Origin: Candidatus Caldarchaeum sp.
GTDB taxonomy: Archaea; Thermoproteota; Nitrososphaeria_A; Caldarchaeales; Caldarchaeaceae
Reading direction: 5' to 3'
NCBI GenBank assembly: GCA_038885755.1
Contig: JAVZZH010000009.1
Coordinates: forward strand, 1 to 11,499
DNA length: 11,499 nt
Part shown: in pieces, positions 7,721 through 11,499 of the stretch
Layout: every line of letters begins with the position of its first letter
Numbering within the stretch: position 1 is the first letter of the stretch
Position numbers and translations under genes: made by a program
Notes under the pieces: generated by a model
Databases searched by the model: none
Told to the model about the DNA's origin: nothing
Seen by the model: only the letters and a program-made list of their open reading frames with translations

Positions 7721-8958
7721 AAGTCCCGCCACCTAGTCGTAAAGATTGCCAGAGACATGCCTACGGCCGCCATGGCTAAGAGCACCAGAGACGGCGCCAA
7801 GGCCGCTGAGACAGACCCCTTCACCAGCGTCTCCCTCAAAGCTGCGTGGAAATAGTAGAGTGGCACGTATTTTGCGGTCTCCTGAAGAAACTCGGGCATT
7901 ATCTCCAAAGGCCAGAAAGCACCTGATAAAAACATCATGGGGAGGGAAAGCATGTTTCCGAGAGCGGTGACCGCTTCAGCTTCCCTTACCACGCCTCCTA
8001 TCAGCACGCAGAGTCCTGTGAAAGCCAAAGTTCCCAGTAAAAGAACCGTCAGGCTGAAGATGTCAGGAACGGCTGTTATCCTGAACACAGCAAACCCGAC
8101 TGCGACCATGACAGCCGTCAAAAGCAAAGCCGCAAAAGTTTGAACGACAACCAGAGAGACAATCCAGTAAGACTTCGGGATGGGAGTTGAGGCGAGAAGC
8201 TTTACGACTCCACGCCGGTTGAAGTCTGAAACCAGCGAAGAAACACCGATCAACCCGTTGGTCATTATGAACGCCGCTATGTATCCCGGTAGATAGTAAT
8301 CGACTGCACGAAGCTGTCTGGCCTCGCTGTAAACAAGTTTTATGTCCATCGTCGACGAAGCGTTTAACAGAGCTGTCTCAAACTTGGATGCTATGATGTT
8401 GATTATGCCTTCTATGGGTTGGAGGGCTCCGTCGTCGGGGCTGCCTTCAAGGATTAGCGTCTTTCGCTCAGCCCTTATTGATTGTTTGAAGATGTTTATC
8501 TGCGTCGTCGAAGCCGTGATGTTAGCTCGCATCTCCTCCGGAATCTGCTCCCCAGCCATTTCGACGAGTCTTAGAATGGTATCCTGCATTATGCTCACTC
8601 GGTTGACCATGGTCATGTTGAGAACGCTTCCTGTGAACCCCTCGGGGACCGTGAGTATTCTGACCGCTGCAAACCCTGTGGATTTAGGAGTTGGGTCGCC
8701 GGGCTTGAGGGGGGATGATTTCGAAGAGGCTGCTGTTGAGAGCTTTTACGAATGCATCCGAAAGCGGCATGGGGTTTCCGTTCTGGTCGACGTCGAGGTT
8801 TCTCACATAAAGCCGGTAGTTAGGAGGAGATGGGCCGCCGAATATACTGCCGAAGACAAGCAGCAGCATTATTGGAAAGGCTACGCCGAAAAAATGCTGA
8901 TTTTACTCCGGACCCATGTCTTGAACAGCAGCTTAATCAGGGTTGTGAGAGAGCTCAC
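7717..8958 (-). pseudogene. ABC-2 type transporter permease, interrupted by two compensating homopolymer frameshifts (or sequencing errors)
   Basis: GTG 8958 begins MSSLTTLIKLLFKTWVRSKISIF, which stops at 8881-8883. Adding one T to the T6 run (8889-8894) gives FFGVAFPIMLLLVFG. Removing one C from the C6 run (8709-8714) gives IIPLKPGDPTPK..., which joins the 7717-8616 ORF (DYYLPGYIA, LPMMFLSGAFWP, WRDF). The total span of 1242 nt equals 414 codons. Confidence 0.85.
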
Positions 8959-8987
8959 ACCAGCAACCCCTCCTCAGAAAGCCTCGA

Positions 8988-9887
8988 TCATATGACGGAC
9001 AGGAAGACATCCTCCAGACCAGCCTGCCTTATTTCGGGATAAGCCTCAATAAACATGTCCCTGAGATTCGACAGCACTTCAACGATCTCAGAATCGTTAG
9101 ATATGCGCACAACGGTGCGGCCTTCCGGCGTCTGCTCAGCCTCAAAACCCTTGTTTCTCAGCGAAGCTAAAACCCTCTCGTCGAGGCCCTCGAAGACTAG
9201 CTTTGTTCTTCCTCGGTGCTTCGCTATGAGTTCTCTCACCTTTCCTTGCGCAGCTATCCGTCCCTTGACGATTATCACGACATGGTCGCTCAAGGTCTCC
9301 GCCTCCTCCATGTAGTGCGTGGTCAGCACGACAGTCTTCCCACAAGCCTTCAGCCTCCTGACATACAGCCATGTCTCGCGCCTAGCCTCTGGGTCGAGGC
9401 CAGTCGTAGGCTCGTCGAGAAAAACTATCTCGGGCTCGCCCACCAAAGCCATGGCCAGCCCAACCCTTCTCTTCAAGCCGCCTGAAAGCTTGGAGAAGAT
9501 CTTGTTCCGGTACTCCCATACACCCAGGTCGTCGAGAATCTGTCCGACGCCCTTGGCTCCTCTTGCAGCGGCAGCCAGCTGCACGTTTTCAGCAACCGTG
9601 AGGTTGGCGACTGCGTTAAACTCCTGCGGCAGGACGCCTATCATCTTCTTAATCTGCTTGACGTCCGAGATGTTTCTGATGTTGAGGCCTTTTACGTAGG
9701 CGGCGCCCGAAGTCGGCGTCCTAAAACACTCGAGCATCTCAACGGTCGTTGTCTTTCCAGCACCGTTGGGCCCCAGCAGCGAAAAAACCTCGCCCTCAGA
9801 AACGCTGAAAGAAACACGGTCAACAGCAACGTAATCACCATACTTCTCACTCAGCTGCTCGGCGACTATGACGGGCGAGCCTGCCAA
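8988..9887 (-). CDS. ABC transporter ATP-binding protein (ABC-2/DrrA-like), probably shortened by 11 aa by a premature TGA
   Basis: Walker A GPNGAGKTT, signature LSGG, Walker B VFLDEPTTGLD, H-loop LTTHYMEEAE and C-terminal LEDVFL. Reading through TGA 8988-8990 gives SRLSEEGLLV ending at 8955, which overlaps the permease start. Confidence 0.93.
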   Translation of the reverse strand: MAGSPVIVAEQLSEKYGDYVAVDRVSFSVSEGEVFSLLGPNGAGKTTTVEMLECFRTPTSGAAYVKGLNIRNISDVKQIKKMIGVLPQEFNAVANLTVAENVQLAAAARGAKGVGQILDDLGVWEYRNKIFSKLSGGLKRRVGLAMALVGEPEIVFLDEPTTGLDPEARRETWLYVRRLKACGKTVVLTTHYMEEAETLSDHVVIIVKGRIAAQGKVRELIAKHRGRTKLVFEGLDERVLASLRNKGFEAEQTPEGRTVVRISNDSEIVEVLSNLRDMFIEAYPEIRQAGLEDVFLSVI

Positions 9888-9972
9888 TGAGGAGCGGGGG
9901 AAACCGTGTTAATAAAAATATCAATAGACGAGGATTCTCGGTTAAATAGACGGATGTTAAGATATTTTCGCC
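9888..9972. promoter_or_regulatory. Divergent promoter region between the ABC ATPase and leuD
   Basis: Minus-strand TTTTTATTAA (9909-9918) lies about 22 nt before TTG 9887. Plus-strand TTAAATA (9942-9948) lies about 25 nt before TTG 9973. Direct and inverted repeats are present. Confidence 0.6.
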
Positions 9973-10599
9973 TTGCCTGAGGCTGTTGCTCGAATAGTGG
10001 GGAAGGCTGCTCCGCTCGAGGCGGACGACGTCGACACCGACCAGATTATTCCAGCCGAGTTTCTCAAGGTTATCGAGCGTAAGGGGCTTGGAAGATACTT
10101 GTTCTACCGCTGGCGTTATGGTGAGAGCGGCGAGCTGAAGGGCGATTTTGTCCTCGACAGACCTGAATACCGTGGAGCTGAAATCCTCGTCGCTGGCCGT
10201 AATTTCGGAATAGGCTCCAGCCGTGAAAACGCCGTCTGGGCTTTGACCGACTTTGGGATCAAGTGCGTCATAGCATCGAGCTTCGGCGACATCTTCTACG
10301 TCAACGCAAGCAAAAACGGCCTCGTCTGCGTCAAGCTGCCCGACGACAAAGTGGCTAGGCTTCGGAACCTAGCCAAGAAGGGAGACCTCCGCCTAACAAT
10401 AGACCTCGGAAGCCAGACCGTTTCATACGCCGGTGAAGAGGTCAAGTTCGACATCGAGCCCCACATTAAGGAGCGGTTGATGAGAGGACTGGACGACATA
10501 CAGCTGACCGTCGAAAAGTACAGTAAATCGATAGAGTCGTTCGAGCGGCGGATGCCGGAGTATCTAAGGCCCAAGCCGAGAGGCTTCCTCCACGAATGA
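9973..10599 (+). CDS. leuD: 3-isopropylmalate dehydratase small subunit (long, bacterial type-1-like LeuD)
   Basis: DVDTDQIIPAEFLK, ILVAGRNFGIGSSRENAVWALTDFG, IASSFGDIFYVNASKNG and C-terminal LMRGLDDIQLT. TTG start. Confidence 0.9.
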   Translation: MPEAVARIVGKAAPLEADDVDTDQIIPAEFLKVIERKGLGRYLFYRWRYGESGELKGDFVLDRPEYRGAEILVAGRNFGIGSSRENAVWALTDFGIKCVIASSFGDIFYVNASKNGLVCVKLPDDKVARLRNLAKKGDLRLTIDLGSQTVSYAGEEVKFDIEPHIKERLMRGLDDIQLTVEKYSKSIESFERRMPEYLRPKPRGFLHE

Positions 10600-10645
10600 A
10601 CTACGCCTAGTTGGCGAAAAATCTTAAAGAACGTTCAACACATTC

Positions 10646-11119
10646 ATGCCCATGAATGGTAAGAAACTCGTTCCGTTCGTACCATCACCAGCTGATGTTG
10701 TGGAAAGGATGCTGAGCCTGGCTGGTCTCGACGAGGGCGAGAAAGTCTACGACCTAGGATGCGGCGATGGCCGGGTTCTAACAACCGCTGCCAGAAAATT
10801 CAAGGCTTCGGCGGTGGGCTGCGAGCTGCGGCCCAGCCTAGTGGCTCACGTCCGGAACAGGGTAAGAGCTCTCCGTCTCGACGACAGAATAACCGTTGTT
10901 AGGAAAGACATGTTCAGCATGCCTCTCCACGACGCAGACGTCGTAGCCCTCTACTTGACGAAAGACCTACTCGGAAGGCTCAGGCCTAAGCTGGAGCAGG
11001 AGCTAAAGCCAACCGCACGCGTCGTCTGCCACGACTACCCAATACCCGGATGGAGGCCCGAACACTGGGAGAGGTTCAACAAACACACCATCTACCTGTA
11101 CAGAAAGCCCAGACTTTAA
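10646..11119 (+). CDS. Class I SAM-dependent protein-lysine methyltransferase, aKMT/FAM173-like
   Basis: VPFVPSP..VV..ML, motif I YDLGCGDGR, ADVVALYL, LRPKLEQELKP..RVVCHDY.I.GW and HTIYLY, collinear with crenarchaeal aKMT as I recall it. The start could be ATG 10652. CTTAAA is at 10623-10628. Confidence 0.85.
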   Translation: MPMNGKKLVPFVPSPADVVERMLSLAGLDEGEKVYDLGCGDGRVLTTAARKFKASAVGCELRPSLVAHVRNRVRALRLDDRITVVRKDMFSMPLHDADVVALYLTKDLLGRLRPKLEQELKPTARVVCHDYPIPGWRPEHWERFNKHTIYLYRKPRL

Positions 11120-11120
11120 A

Positions 11121-11128
11121 GTATATAA
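11121..11128 (+). promoter_or_regulatory. TATA box of the endonuclease-like gene
   Basis: GTATATAA about 23 nt upstream of GTG 11151. Confidence 0.55.
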
Positions 11129-11150
11129 TCGCTAGAGTTTGGAAATAATT

Positions 11151-11499
11151 GTGGACGAGCTGATCGCTCTTCTGAAGAGCAGGCTCGACGTTTTGAAATT
11201 CCTCGGCCGGGCCTGGGATTTATTATACTTAGAAAGTAAATCTCCTGATGTCGGGATTAGGAGGGAGAACCTCATACGCCTCGTACTGGAAAATGAGCTC
11301 AAGTGACGGCAGCACCCTACATGGAGAGGTCGTGGGACTTCAGCGTATTGATAGGCAATAAGGAAAGATTTTACAGTTTAAAGACTTCTGAAGGTGTCTT
11401 ACCAATAAAAATAGCGTGGGATGGTTTTCCATCAATAGAGAGGGCTCGGATGCATAAATTCATGCATCCAATACTTTACGTTAAGAATAGCAAGCGAAT
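11151..11499 (+). pseudogene. ThaI-family-like type II restriction endonuclease, frameshifted/split near 11300 and 3'-truncated by the window edge
   Basis: Frame A (11151-11306) is MDELIALLKSRLDVLKFLGRAWDLLYLESKSPDVGIRRENLIRLVLENELK*. Frame B (11303 to the end) is VTAAPYMERSWDFSVLIGNKERFYSLKTSEGVLPIKIAWDGFPSIERARMHKFMHPILYVKNSKR. The joined pattern VG..RE.LI / E...D / SLKT / KIAWD resembles the ThaI-family core (recalled, not searched). Not in the ORF track. Confidence 0.6.

Noticed and set aside
8988-8990. Genome-wide TGA recoding (Gly/Trp) or selenocysteine
   Set aside because: TGA ends other full-length genes here (3086-3088, 10597-10599). The position is not a redox Cys site and no SECIS-like element is evident.
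1278-9699. Long antisense or alternative-frame ORFs (e.g. 1278-2048 -, 2993-3736 -, 7064-7621 -, 8342-8995 +, 9319-9699 +)
   Set aside because: They overlap well-supported genes, show no recognisable motifs, and are expected shadows of GC-rich coding sequence.
10646-11119. The methyltransferase as the cognate DNA MTase of the neighbouring endonuclease
   Set aside because: It is small, lacks DPPY/NPPY/SPPY or PCQ catalytic motifs, and matches the aKMT protein-lysine methyltransferase pattern.
1-11499. CRISPR array, tRNA/rRNA, IS element or DGR-type repeats
   Set aside because: No regularly spaced repeats, cloverleaf, transposase/RT ORF, terminal inverted repeats with target duplications, or long near-identical repeats were seen by eye.

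Overview
Archaeal housekeeping/metabolic region: RadA, an aKMT-type lysine methyltransferase and TATA-box promoters about 22-30 nt before start codons. A thermophilic TACK lineage such as Caldarchaeales/Aigarchaeota is plausible, but that is inference. Gene order: 5'-truncated aconitase AcnA (+), ArsR-like HTH regulator (+), RibU-like ECF S-component (+), radA (+), a ~260 nt structured intergenic region, a stalked surface protein with a poly-Pro tail (+), pyruvate kinase (-), a Mer-like LLM oxidoreductase (+), an ABC-2 exporter pair (-), a stand-alone bacterial-type leuD (+), aKMT (+), and an AT-richer ThaI-like restriction endonuclease (+) running off the right edge. The ORF track misses two things. 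First, the ABC exporter carries three lesions: a probable premature TGA in the ATPase and two compensating homopolymer frameshifts in the permease. Second, the endonuclease is split into two frames joined by a GTGA overlap. I see no CRISPR array, tRNA, rRNA or transposase. No clearly novel system can be proven from the sequence alone. The best leads are the disrupted ABC operon, the split endonuclease, the poly-Pro stalk protein, the structured intergenic region and the tandem palindromes upstream of the ECF gene.
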